Below, piece after piece: positions 16,401 through 23,998 of a stretch of DNA of 43,954 nt. The number at the start of each line of letters is the position of its first letter. Position 1 is the stretch's first letter. Origin of the DNA: an uncultured Acidobacteriota bacterium. Its GTDB lineage: Bacteria > Acidobacteriota > Polarisedimenticolia > Polarisedimenticolales > JAIQFR01. The DNA is taken from NCBI GenBank assembly GCA_964590285.1, contig CAZPWK010000001.1, positions 1 to 43,954 of the forward strand. Direction: 5' to 3'. The position numbers and the translations under genes were made by a program. Below the pieces are notes generated by a model, which saw nothing but the letters and a program-made list of their open reading frames with translations, did not search any database and was not told the origin of the DNA.

Positions 16401-17096
16401 TCAGGTCAGGTGGGGAAGGACGTCGCGGAGGTCCCCGGAGCGCACGACCGCTCCCGCGATCGCCTCGATCTCGGCGCACTTCGGGTTGAACGCGACGGCG
16501 AAGCCGGCGATCCGGACGGCCGAGAGATCGTTCGAGTGGTCTCCGACGAACGCGCAGCGGGAGAGGGGAACCCCCTCGCGCGACGCGATGGCGCGGAGGG
16601 CCTCGGCCTTCCCCTCCATGTCGAACGGGGTGGCGCACCAGGATTCGATGCGGCCCTCGGCGTCGAAGGCGATCCGGTTCGTGTGGACGTCGTCGAACGG
16701 GTGGCCGGGGAACAGCGTTTCGAGGAGCAGGTCCAGGGTGCCGGAGATCACCGCGAGACGCACCCCCGCGCGCTTCAAGGCCGAGGTCGTCTCCTCGGCC
16801 CCTCGCACGAGACGAAGGGGGCCGAAGGCGCGAACCAGGTCGTCCCGGCGCGCCCCCGCCGCGCGCCAGGAGCCGACGTCCAGCGCGACCCAGTCGGCAT
16901 AGGACAGTCTCCCGGCCCGGTACGCGGCGAGCCGCTCGCGGTTCTGGTCGTCGCTTCCGGTGAATCTCTCGTTGAGCACCTGCCAGACGGTCTTGTCCGC
17001 CGGGTGCTCGACGAGCGTCCCGTCCACGTCGAAGGCGACCAGGTCGAAGCGGCGCAAGGTTCCCCCGGAAGTCGCGGAGCCGTGGGAGTTTACCAC
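16401..17096 (-). CDS. HAD-superfamily hydrolase, subfamily IB (phosphoserine phosphatase-like)
   Basis: This is the C-terminal part of ORF 16401..17414. Motifs seen: FDVDGTL (motif I), VISGT (motif II), GKAEAL, VGDHSNDL (motif IV). The start is ambiguous among GTG 17096 (used here), TTG 17057 and ATG 17195. Confidence 0.7.
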   Translation of the reverse strand: MVNSHGSATSGGTLRRFDLVAFDVDGTLVEHPADKTVWQVLNERFTGSDDQNRERLAAYRAGRLSYADWVALDVGSWRAAGARRDDLVRAFGPLRLVRGAEETTSALKRAGVRLAVISGTLDLLLETLFPGHPFDDVHTNRIAFDAEGRIESWCATPFDMEGKAEALRAIASREGVPLSRCAFVGDHSNDLSAVRIAGFAVAFNPKCAEIEAIAGAVVRSGDLRDVLPHLT

Positions 17097-17253
17097 CCGC
17101 GGCCGGCGCGGGCCGCCCCCGCGCGTGCGTCCCGACTTCCGCGGCGTATACTTCCAGGGAAGGCCTCGCACGGTCGCCGGCAACACGGTCCGCATCTTTC
17201 CGGCGCCGCGGCTCTCGCGGCGGCTCCGGAACCTGTCGCAAGGAGGTGGCGCC

Positions 17254-17445
17254 ATGGCCGCGGTCTTCGACCCCGAGACCCTGGAACGGCTTCGCACCAT
17301 GACCCCTCGGCAGGCGTTCACGGTGGCGAGGGAGTCGATCTTCCGGTCCGGCGCGGTCAGCTCGGAGGATTTCCTGGACGTGTTCGAGCAGCTCGTCGAC
17401 GAGGGGATCCTCACCTGGGACCAGCTGGAGGAGTTCGAGAGCTGA
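17254..17445 (+). CDS. Small acidic hypothetical protein (63 aa)
   Basis: This is the last 63 codons of ORF 16960..17445. ATG 17254 sits 7 nt after a perfect AGGAGG (17241-17246). GC3 is high and the composition is normal: MAAVFDPETLERLRTMTPRQAFTVARESIFRSGAVSSEDFLDVFEQLVDEGILTWDQLEEFES. Confidence 0.5.
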   Translation: MAAVFDPETLERLRTMTPRQAFTVARESIFRSGAVSSEDFLDVFEQLVDEGILTWDQLEEFES

Positions 17446-17455
17446 CGACCCCGGC

Positions 17456-17485
17456 GGCTCCGCGGAGCGGTCGCCCCGCGGAGCC
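17456..17485. terminator. Perfect 10-bp GC hairpin between convergent genes
   Basis: GGCTCCGCGG (17456-17465), a 10-nt loop, then CCGCGGAGCC (17476-17485). There is no U-tract on either side. Confidence 0.4.
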
Positions 17486-17496
17486 GGCCCGGGCCG

Positions 17497-19389
17497 TCAA
17501 GGGGCGCGGCGAATGAGGATCGTCCTGCCTCGCTCCCCCTCGAGCGCGGCCAAGAGCTCGCGAAGCGCGGGATAGTCCTCCGGGGCGACGACGCGGAGCG
17601 CGAGCGAGAGCTCCGTCCGCGCCGTCAGTCTTCGCCCGTCGAGCGATACGGTACGCTCGAGCGAGCCCGCGGCGTTCCTCAGCTCCAGGGGAGGAGGCGC
17701 GAACGCCGCCTCGTAACCCTCCGGGAGATCGAGGATCATCTCGACCGACTCCCGGGCGGGCGCGGCGAGCGCGAGAGGGAGCGTCCGGCGCTCGCGCCAG
17801 GCCTGCAGGTCGCGGCCCTCGACGCCGCCGGGGACCCGCGGGATCGAGATCCGCACGAGACCGCCCGGCGTCGCTTCGAGAGAGCCGCCGGCGAACGTGG
17901 CGCTGAGCGCGGTCAGGCCCTCGCTCCGGTGCGCCGGAACGATCTCCCGGACCTCGGCTCCCTCGAAGGCGGAGACGGCCTGAGAGGCCAGGCCCTTCCA
18001 CCGGTCCTTCGTCCGGTCGAAGCCGACGACCGGGTTGTAGAGCCCTCCGAGATCGAGGTCGGCGGTGCCGCCGACCGTCAGGGAGCCCTTCTCGTCCTCG
18101 ATGCGGGCCTCGATCCTCACCGCCGCGCGGTTCGAGGCGGGATCCAGCTCGGGAAGAGTCGCGAGGCCTCCAGGCCTTCCGTCGAGCACGAGGACCCGGT
18201 GTCCCGCGAGGTGCAGCCGGTTCCTCCTGTCGAGGGGGGCGGTGGGGTCGAGCCAGACCTCGTGGGCGCCGATGCGCGTGCGCACCCAGACCTCGTCGAG
18301 CTGGGGCGGCGAGGCGATCTCCCGGGCGACGACCTCCGCGGGGGCCGCGAGCGCCACCTTCGCCTCGAACCCGGTTGCGCGGAGGAGCGCGGCCAGGAGC
18401 ACCGCCTTGTCGAGAGGGTGGCCGACGCTCGACCGAAGGACCTCGGCCGCCGGCCTCACGCCGTAGTCGAAGGCCGCGACCGGCCAATCGACGGTCCGCA
18501 CCCCCTCGACCACGAAGGCGTGGATCTTCGACACGCGCTCGACCTCCAGGCCGCCCTCGCCCGCGACCTTCCGGGCCCGGCCCTCGATCTCCGGCGTCGG
18601 CGCGGCGGCCGGCTCGATCCTCCCCTCGAGCCAGGAGCGCGCCGCGTCCCAGTCGCCGAGCGTCGAGAAGACGAGGCGGGGAACCCCCTCGCGACCCGAG
18701 GAGAGCTCCGCGGCGTTGATCGCCGGGACGCCCCGGCGCCGGAACGACGGCGCGGCCCCGCCCGCCGGGGCGGGATCCGGCTCGAGCGAGGCTCCGACCG
18801 CCGCCCATCGGACTCGAACGTCGCCGGGGACCTCGATCTCGATCCGGTCGTCGAGCACGGGCAGCTCGCGCGCGAGGTCGACGACGCCCCAGAGCGGCAC
18901 GCCGCTCGGGCCGCGGTCGGCCACCTCGTACGCCAGGACGGAGGTGGATCCGTGCTCCGCCCCGACGTGGGCGACGACCATCTGGCGCATGTGCGAGTAC
19001 GAGACGGCCCACTCGAGCGGGGGCGCGGTGTTCGGCACGAGGCTGTTCTCCCGCGCCTCGACGACGGTGCCGTCCGCCATGTAGGTGCGCGCCTCGACGA
19101 CGCGCATCTCGGCGCGCGCGTCGTTCCAGTCGATGCGCGGGTCCAGGAGCCCGTGCCGCGACACCCAGTCCTGGAGCATCTTGACGGCGGTCTCCTCGCG
19201 CCGGGTCACCCTGCCGGTCGCGTCGAGGGCGAATCGGAGGTGCCGGCGAACGAGGAGGCCGTCCTCCTCGGGAAAGGCCTCCCGGCCGGGGGCCTCGCGC
19301 ACCCAGTCCGGGATCGTTCCGGCCGCGGGCGCGGCCGTCGGGGTCGCCGCGATCGCGGCGGCCATGAGGGCGGCAAAGAGCGTGCGCAT
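17497..19389 (-). CDS. Exported transglutaminase-like protein, catalytically degenerate paralogue (DUF3857/DUF3858-type architecture inferred)
   Basis: ORF 17497..19389, 630 aa. The signal peptide is MRTLFAALMAAAIAATPTAAPAAG. The core GHPLDKAVLLAALLRATGFEA...LDEVWV...WLDPT aligns to the upstream paralogue, but Cys is replaced by Pro325 (codon 18417..18415) and His by Glu366. Confidence 0.75.
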   Translation of the reverse strand: MRTLFAALMAAAIAATPTAAPAAGTIPDWVREAPGREAFPEEDGLLVRRHLRFALDATGRVTRREETAVKMLQDWVSRHGLLDPRIDWNDARAEMRVVEARTYMADGTVVEARENSLVPNTAPPLEWAVSYSHMRQMVVAHVGAEHGSTSVLAYEVADRGPSGVPLWGVVDLARELPVLDDRIEIEVPGDVRVRWAAVGASLEPDPAPAGGAAPSFRRRGVPAINAAELSSGREGVPRLVFSTLGDWDAARSWLEGRIEPAAAPTPEIEGRARKVAGEGGLEVERVSKIHAFVVEGVRTVDWPVAAFDYGVRPAAEVLRSSVGHPLDKAVLLAALLRATGFEAKVALAAPAEVVAREIASPPQLDEVWVRTRIGAHEVWLDPTAPLDRRNRLHLAGHRVLVLDGRPGGLATLPELDPASNRAAVRIEARIEDEKGSLTVGGTADLDLGGLYNPVVGFDRTKDRWKGLASQAVSAFEGAEVREIVPAHRSEGLTALSATFAGGSLEATPGGLVRISIPRVPGGVEGRDLQAWRERRTLPLALAAPARESVEMILDLPEGYEAAFAPPPLELRNAAGSLERTVSLDGRRLTARTELSLALRVVAPEDYPALRELLAALEGERGRTILIRRAP

Positions 19390-19391
19390 GG

Positions 19392-21419
19392 CTAGTTCCC
19401 CCTCTCGAGAACGACCGGGTCGACGGAGGCCGCCGTCGCCTCCCGCACGACCTCCCGGAATCCCGCGTACGCCTCCACCGGCACCTCCCGCCGCTTGACG
19501 ACCAGACGGCAGGAGTTGCGGATTCTCCCGTCCCGCGTCTCGGAGCGCGTCTCGAGCGACGCCGCGGGGAAGTCGAGGTCCCGGTCCCGGGGCAGGGACG
19601 CCACGCGGAACCCCTTCGGAATCTCCAGCGTCTCCTCGACCTCGCCCGTCCTAGGCGCTCCGACCTGGAGCGGCTGCGTCCGGCCGTCGGCGCCCGCGGC
19701 CGCCAGGTAGGGGGCGAGCGCGGCCGCCCAGACCAGGTGCCGCGAGGAGGGGAGCGGGAAGGCCAGCGTCCCGTCCCGGACCAGCGCGAAGCCGGGGATC
19801 CGGTAGCGGGCCTCGAAGCGGACGGGGGTGCCGACGTCCTGGAGCCTCGCGTAGTCCACGCGCACCTTCTCGACCGACGCTCCGGGCCCGATCTGCGAGA
19901 CCAGGTCCTCGAACCAGGACTGCCGGTCGCGCGCGGCGACGCTGTGGACCAGCTCCCGCCGGAGCCGCTGCTCGGCGTAGCCCGCGGCCGAGACCGCGAG
20001 CGTCCCGTGGAGGTCGCCGCGCTCGTCGAGCCTCGCGCTCGACTCGATCCGGAACCGGTTCCGCGCGGGGTCGAAGGCCGGCGTCGTCCTCAGCTCCTCC
20101 CCCTCGGGCGAGCCGACGACGTAGTGCTGCTCCCCCTCGGCGCTCGACCAGAGCTCGGGCGAGAAGACGACCCAGGTCGGGTCCAGGAGCTCGAAGCCGC
20201 CTCCTTCCGTCCGCCGGGCGACGACGCAGTGGTTGAACTGGTCGGCCGGGATCCGCTCGACGCGCGCGCCGGCCATCGTCATCGCCGGGTAGGCCTCGTA
20301 GCCCGCGGCCCGCAGCATCGTGATCGCCATCCCCGCCTTGTCCTTGCAGACCCCGGAGCGGTCCCGGAAGATCATGGAGCCGGGATGGAGCGTGTACCCC
20401 TCCCCCTTGCCCATCGAGATCCCCGAGTAGCGGATGCCGTCGGCGGCCCAGTGGACGATCGCGGCGACCCGGTCCTCGTCCCGCGTCATCCCGCGCGTGA
20501 TCTCGGCGACCTTCGCGCGGATCGCGTCGTCGGCCTCGAACTGCGGCTCGTTGACCTGGGCGAACCAGCGGGACTTCGCCGGCCACGACGGCACCGTGGC
20601 CAGCACGACCTTCGTCTGCACGTCGGTCGCCGCCGACGCCCGGGGCTCCGCGCGGAAGGCGGGGAGGTCCTCCTTCCAGAAGCTGTAGATCAGGCGGTCG
20701 TCGTCGAACGAGACGAGGCTCCGGACCTCTCCGCCGTAGGTCTCGAACTGCACCGGCTTGTCCCGTGGGGTCGTCACCGTGTAGTGGCGGAGCTTCACCG
20801 GCCACGAGTCCTGGAACGTCACCACGTCGTAGAAGTGCCCGCGCATCGGGGGGACGTACCGCTCCTCGCCGGCGTCCGCCGCGGCGCCGCCGGCCTCTCC
20901 CGCCATCTCGTCCAGATACGCGATGAGGAACCCCTTGACGTAGGTCTCGACCTCCACGGCGTCGCCGACCCCGAGCCGGGGGATCATGGCGAGCTTCATC
21001 CGCGCGCCCCAGTAGATCGCGTTCTGCGGCTGCGGCAGGTCCACCGCCGACCCGGGGGGGACCGCCTCCGCCGAGCCGTCCGCGCGGAGCACTCGGAGGG
21101 ACCGGATCTCGACGAGGTTCGACGTCGGGTCCCAGTCGAAGCGGAGCCGGGCGAGATCGGCCGCTCCCTTCTCGGTCAGGCACTTCAGGAGCTGCCGGTC
21201 GCGGATGTGGGCCAGGCCCGAGTCCTCGACCTCCACGCGGGTCCGCTTGAACACGACGACGACATCGGCCCCTTTCAGGTCCTTCGATTCGCCCGCCGCG
21301 GCGACCAGGGCGCGGAGATCCTCGTCGCCGGCCGGGGCGGGAGGCTCCTGGGCCGCGAGGGGGCCGAGCGCGGCGAGGACGAGGGACGCGAGGACGGAAG
21401 CGAGGCGCGCGAGTCTCAT
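19392..21419 (-). CDS. Exported transglutaminase-like cysteine protease family protein (DUF3857/DUF3858-type architecture inferred)
   Basis: ORF 19392..21419, 675 aa. The signal peptide is MRLARLASVLASLVLAALGPLAAQ. GAGGAG lies 7 nt before the ATG. The Cys-His-Asp triad is intact: GVCKDKAGMAITMLRAAGYEA (Cys358, codon 20348..20346), FNHCVV (His397), LLDPT (Asp413). Confidence 0.8.
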   Translation of the reverse strand: MRLARLASVLASLVLAALGPLAAQEPPAPAGDEDLRALVAAAGESKDLKGADVVVVFKRTRVEVEDSGLAHIRDRQLLKCLTEKGAADLARLRFDWDPTSNLVEIRSLRVLRADGSAEAVPPGSAVDLPQPQNAIYWGARMKLAMIPRLGVGDAVEVETYVKGFLIAYLDEMAGEAGGAAADAGEERYVPPMRGHFYDVVTFQDSWPVKLRHYTVTTPRDKPVQFETYGGEVRSLVSFDDDRLIYSFWKEDLPAFRAEPRASAATDVQTKVVLATVPSWPAKSRWFAQVNEPQFEADDAIRAKVAEITRGMTRDEDRVAAIVHWAADGIRYSGISMGKGEGYTLHPGSMIFRDRSGVCKDKAGMAITMLRAAGYEAYPAMTMAGARVERIPADQFNHCVVARRTEGGGFELLDPTWVVFSPELWSSAEGEQHYVVGSPEGEELRTTPAFDPARNRFRIESSARLDERGDLHGTLAVSAAGYAEQRLRRELVHSVAARDRQSWFEDLVSQIGPGASVEKVRVDYARLQDVGTPVRFEARYRIPGFALVRDGTLAFPLPSSRHLVWAAALAPYLAAAGADGRTQPLQVGAPRTGEVEETLEIPKGFRVASLPRDRDLDFPAASLETRSETRDGRIRNSCRLVVKRREVPVEAYAGFREVVREATAASVDPVVLERGN

Positions 21420-21483
21420 GGGACGTCTCCTCGAGAGGCCGGGCGCGGCTCGGCTCCCTCGCGTGCGGCCGGGCGTCGAGCGC

Positions 21484-22050
21484 TCAGCGGTTCGTCAGGT
21501 ACGCGTACAGGTTCGCGGTCACGGACTTGGCGGTGGTGTTGTAGAGGAGCACTCGATACCGGGCGAAGCCGATCGGGTAGCTCGGCTGGTTCGATGCGAA
21601 GAACGGCGACGTGCCCTGCGGCGAGGAGGCCGCGACCTTGAGCTGGAAGTGCATCTCGCCCCGCTCGGAGAACGCCCGCTTCACCGGGTCCACGTCCGGG
21701 ATGAGGATCGCGCCGACGGCTCCGGACTTGAGGTTCTCGCCGCGGATCTGGCCCGCGAGGCTCAGCACGACCTGCGAGAACCCCTCGGTGTCGATCGTGC
21801 CGGCGTCCACGAGGCGCTGCGTGTCCTTGGGATCGACGGGAGGGACGACGATGTCGGCGAGCTCGACCTGGACCCCCTGGGGGATCGGGCCGCGCACCGA
21901 GACCTCGCCCTTCACCGCGTACACGTCCGGCCAGTTCGTCACGAAGACCTGACGGAGCTCCTGCGAGACCGCCTGGCCCGCGGGCAGGAGGAGCGCCCCC
22001 CCCGCGGCGGAGAGGATGCAGAGCAGACCGACGACGCCTCGTCTCGACAT
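21484..22050 (-). CDS. Hypothetical exported protein (188 aa), first gene of the transglutaminase-like operon
   Basis: ORF 21484..22050. GGAGG lies 5 nt before ATG 22050. The signal peptide is MSRRGVVGLLCILSAAGGALLLPAGQA. Composition is balanced and beta-rich. No family was recognised. Confidence 0.65.
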   Translation of the reverse strand: MSRRGVVGLLCILSAAGGALLLPAGQAVSQELRQVFVTNWPDVYAVKGEVSVRGPIPQGVQVELADIVVPPVDPKDTQRLVDAGTIDTEGFSQVVLSLAGQIRGENLKSGAVGAILIPDVDPVKRAFSERGEMHFQLKVAASSPQGTSPFFASNQPSYPIGFARYRVLLYNTTAKSVTANLYAYLTNR

Positions 22051-22099
22051 GGTAACCTCCGTTGCGCGGGCCCCCCGGCCCTCCCGCGGCGAGGCTCCT

Positions 22100-22633
22100 A
22101 TGGTACGGAAACTCGGGCTTCCTTTCTACGCGCGCGACACCCTCGAGGTCGCCCGTGACCTCCTCGGGCGGACCCTGTGCCGGAGAATTCCGGGGAGCGC
22201 CGTCCTGAGGGGCCGGATCCTCGAGGCCGAGGCGTACGACGGCCCCGAGGACCGCGCGAGCCACGCCTCGCGCGGCCTGACGGCGAGGAACGCCCCGATG
22301 TTCGAGGCGGGCGGGATCGCCTACGTCTACCTGGTCTACGGAATGCACCACTGCCTCAACGTCGTGACCGGGGATCGCGGCTATCCCGCGGCCGTTCTCC
22401 TGCGCGCCGCGGAGTCCCCCGACGGAACCGCTCCGGCGGTCGGCCCGGGAAGGCTGACCCGGGCGTTCCGGGTGGACCGCACGCTCGACGGGGCCTCGCT
22501 CGCCGGTCCCGATCTTTGGCTCGAGGAGGGAGAGCCGGTGCCGGACCGGCTCGTGCGGCGAACGCCGAGGATCGGCGTCGGCTACGCGGGGGCCTGGGCG
22601 AGAAAGCGATACCGCTTCGTCGTCGCCTGCTGA
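22100..22633 (+). CDS. mpg: DNA-3-methyladenine glycosylase (AAG/Mpg family)
   Basis: Part of ORF 22016..22633, trimmed to ATG 22100 (MVRKLGLPFYARDTLEVARDLLG). Motifs seen: GRILEAEAYDGPEDRASHA, GGIAYVYLVYGMHHCLNVV, AVLLRA, GPGRLTRAF, PRIGV. Confidence 0.8.
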   Translation: MVRKLGLPFYARDTLEVARDLLGRTLCRRIPGSAVLRGRILEAEAYDGPEDRASHASRGLTARNAPMFEAGGIAYVYLVYGMHHCLNVVTGDRGYPAAVLLRAAESPDGTAPAVGPGRLTRAFRVDRTLDGASLAGPDLWLEEGEPVPDRLVRRTPRIGVGYAGAWARKRYRFVVAC

Positions 22634-22663
22634 GATCCCCCGGGTCCCCGGTTCGGCCCCCCT

Positions 22664-22694
22664 TTCCGTCATCGTAGTTGCGATTCCGTCATCG
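22664..22694 (+). repeat. Two exact copies of the 11-mer TTCCGTCATCG, 20 bp apart start to start (candidate transcription-factor site)
   Basis: Copies lie at 22664-22674 and 22684-22694, separated by TAGTTGCGA. They sit in the 179-nt spacer upstream of the DUF4097 gene, about 120 nt before its ATG. Confidence 0.4.
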
Positions 22695-22812
22695 CCCGAC
22701 GTCCCGGCGCCTGGACGATCCGAGCGAAGGCGCACCCCTCGGCGCTCCGCCGCGCGGGGCGGGTCCGGCCCCGATCTTGCCTCTCGTTCGGAGGGAAGGG
22801 GAGGGAATCGCC

Positions 22813-23985
22813 ATGCGCCGAAACGGGGGACTCGCGGTCGTGTCCGCGCTCCTGCTGGGGGCGGTCCCGGCGATCGCGAAGGGGCCGGAGACGGCGGAGA
22901 AGACCTGGACGCTTTCGGTGCCGGTGCCCGCCGGGTCCGCGCTCCGCGTCGGGAATCTCCTCGGGTCGGTCCGCATCCGCGGGACGAGCGAGAAGGGGGA
23001 CGCGACGGTGTCGGTCCGCGCGGTCGCGGCCGCGAAGACCCTGGACGAGGCCGCGAAGCTGGCGGGGTCCGTGACGGTCGGCGTCGAGAGGGAAGGCGCC
23101 GGAACCGGCATCCGGGTGGGGCTCGATGCCGACCTCGCCTCGCCGATCCGGCTGCTCGAGGGGGACGACGGCACGCTCCTTCGCCGGCTCGCCTCGCTCT
23201 TCGACCGGAAGGGGGAAGGGCTCGACGTGGAGTACGGCGGCAGGACGTTCCGCGTCGTGGAGGACCGCAAGGCGCCGGGCCTCGCCGTGCACCTCGACGT
23301 CGCCGTTCCCTTCGACACTCCGGTCGCCGTCCGGCAGGAGATCGGCTCGATCCGGATCGAGGTCGCCCGCTCCGACGTCCGCGTCGAGGCGATGGCGGGG
23401 AGCGTCGAGGTCTCGCGGTGCTTCGGCTCGGTCCTCGTGGACGGGGGCGAGGCGAGCGTCCGTGTGGCGTCGCTGCAGGGGAGCGCGCTCGAGATCGCGA
23501 CCGCGGGCGGCCCGGTCGAGCTCCTCGACGTGCGCGCGAGGCGAGCGTCCGTCCGGACCGGCGCCGGCCCGGTCGTCGGCACCGACTCCGGCCCGGAGGA
23601 TCTCGCGATCGAGACCCTGAGCGGCCCGATCGCCCTCTCGGGGATCGATGCGATCCGCGTCGAGATCCGCACCGCGTCCGGGGACGTCGACTTCGCCTCG
23701 TACCTCAGGAGGACCCGCCGAGCCGTCGTGCGATCCGAGTCCGGCGACGTCGTGCTGAGGCTCGGCGAGGTGATCGGATTCGATCTCGCGGCCGCCACCC
23801 CGGCGGGCGAGGTCCGGGCGCTCGGCATGGAGATGGCCCCCGCCGGCCGGGACGGCGACGTCGCGCGGTACCGGCGAGGGGCCGGCGGGCCGGACCTCGA
23901 GGTCACGGCGGCCGCGGGGAACCTCACGGTGCGCCCCTACGGCGCCTCGCGGCTCGATCTCCTGGTCCGGAAGCCCAAGCCGTGA
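22813..23985 (+). CDS. Exported DUF4097-like (putative adhesin / beta-helix repeat) protein
   Basis: Part of ORF 22678..23985, trimmed to ATG 22813, which sits 6 nt after GAGGGA. The signal peptide is MRRNGGLAVVSALLLGAVPAIAKG. The C-terminal half is built of short repeats such as GSIRIEV, GSVEVSR, ASVRVAS, GPVELLD, ASVRTGAGPV, GPIALSG, SGDVDFA and SGDVVLR. Confidence 0.6.
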   Translation: MRRNGGLAVVSALLLGAVPAIAKGPETAEKTWTLSVPVPAGSALRVGNLLGSVRIRGTSEKGDATVSVRAVAAAKTLDEAAKLAGSVTVGVEREGAGTGIRVGLDADLASPIRLLEGDDGTLLRRLASLFDRKGEGLDVEYGGRTFRVVEDRKAPGLAVHLDVAVPFDTPVAVRQEIGSIRIEVARSDVRVEAMAGSVEVSRCFGSVLVDGGEASVRVASLQGSALEIATAGGPVELLDVRARRASVRTGAGPVVGTDSGPEDLAIETLSGPIALSGIDAIRVEIRTASGDVDFASYLRRTRRAVVRSESGDVVLRLGEVIGFDLAAATPAGEVRALGMEMAPAGRDGDVARYRRGAGGPDLEVTAAAGNLTVRPYGASRLDLLVRKPKP

Positions 23986-23998
23986 AAGGCGAGCCGGC

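Noticed and set aside
19651-21641. ORFs 19651..21183 (-) and 19737..21641 (+), overlapping the first transglutaminase-like gene.
   Set aside because: The frame 19392..21419 carries a signal peptide, an SD and the Cys-His-Asp core. The alternatives are low-complexity Arg/Gly/Pro.
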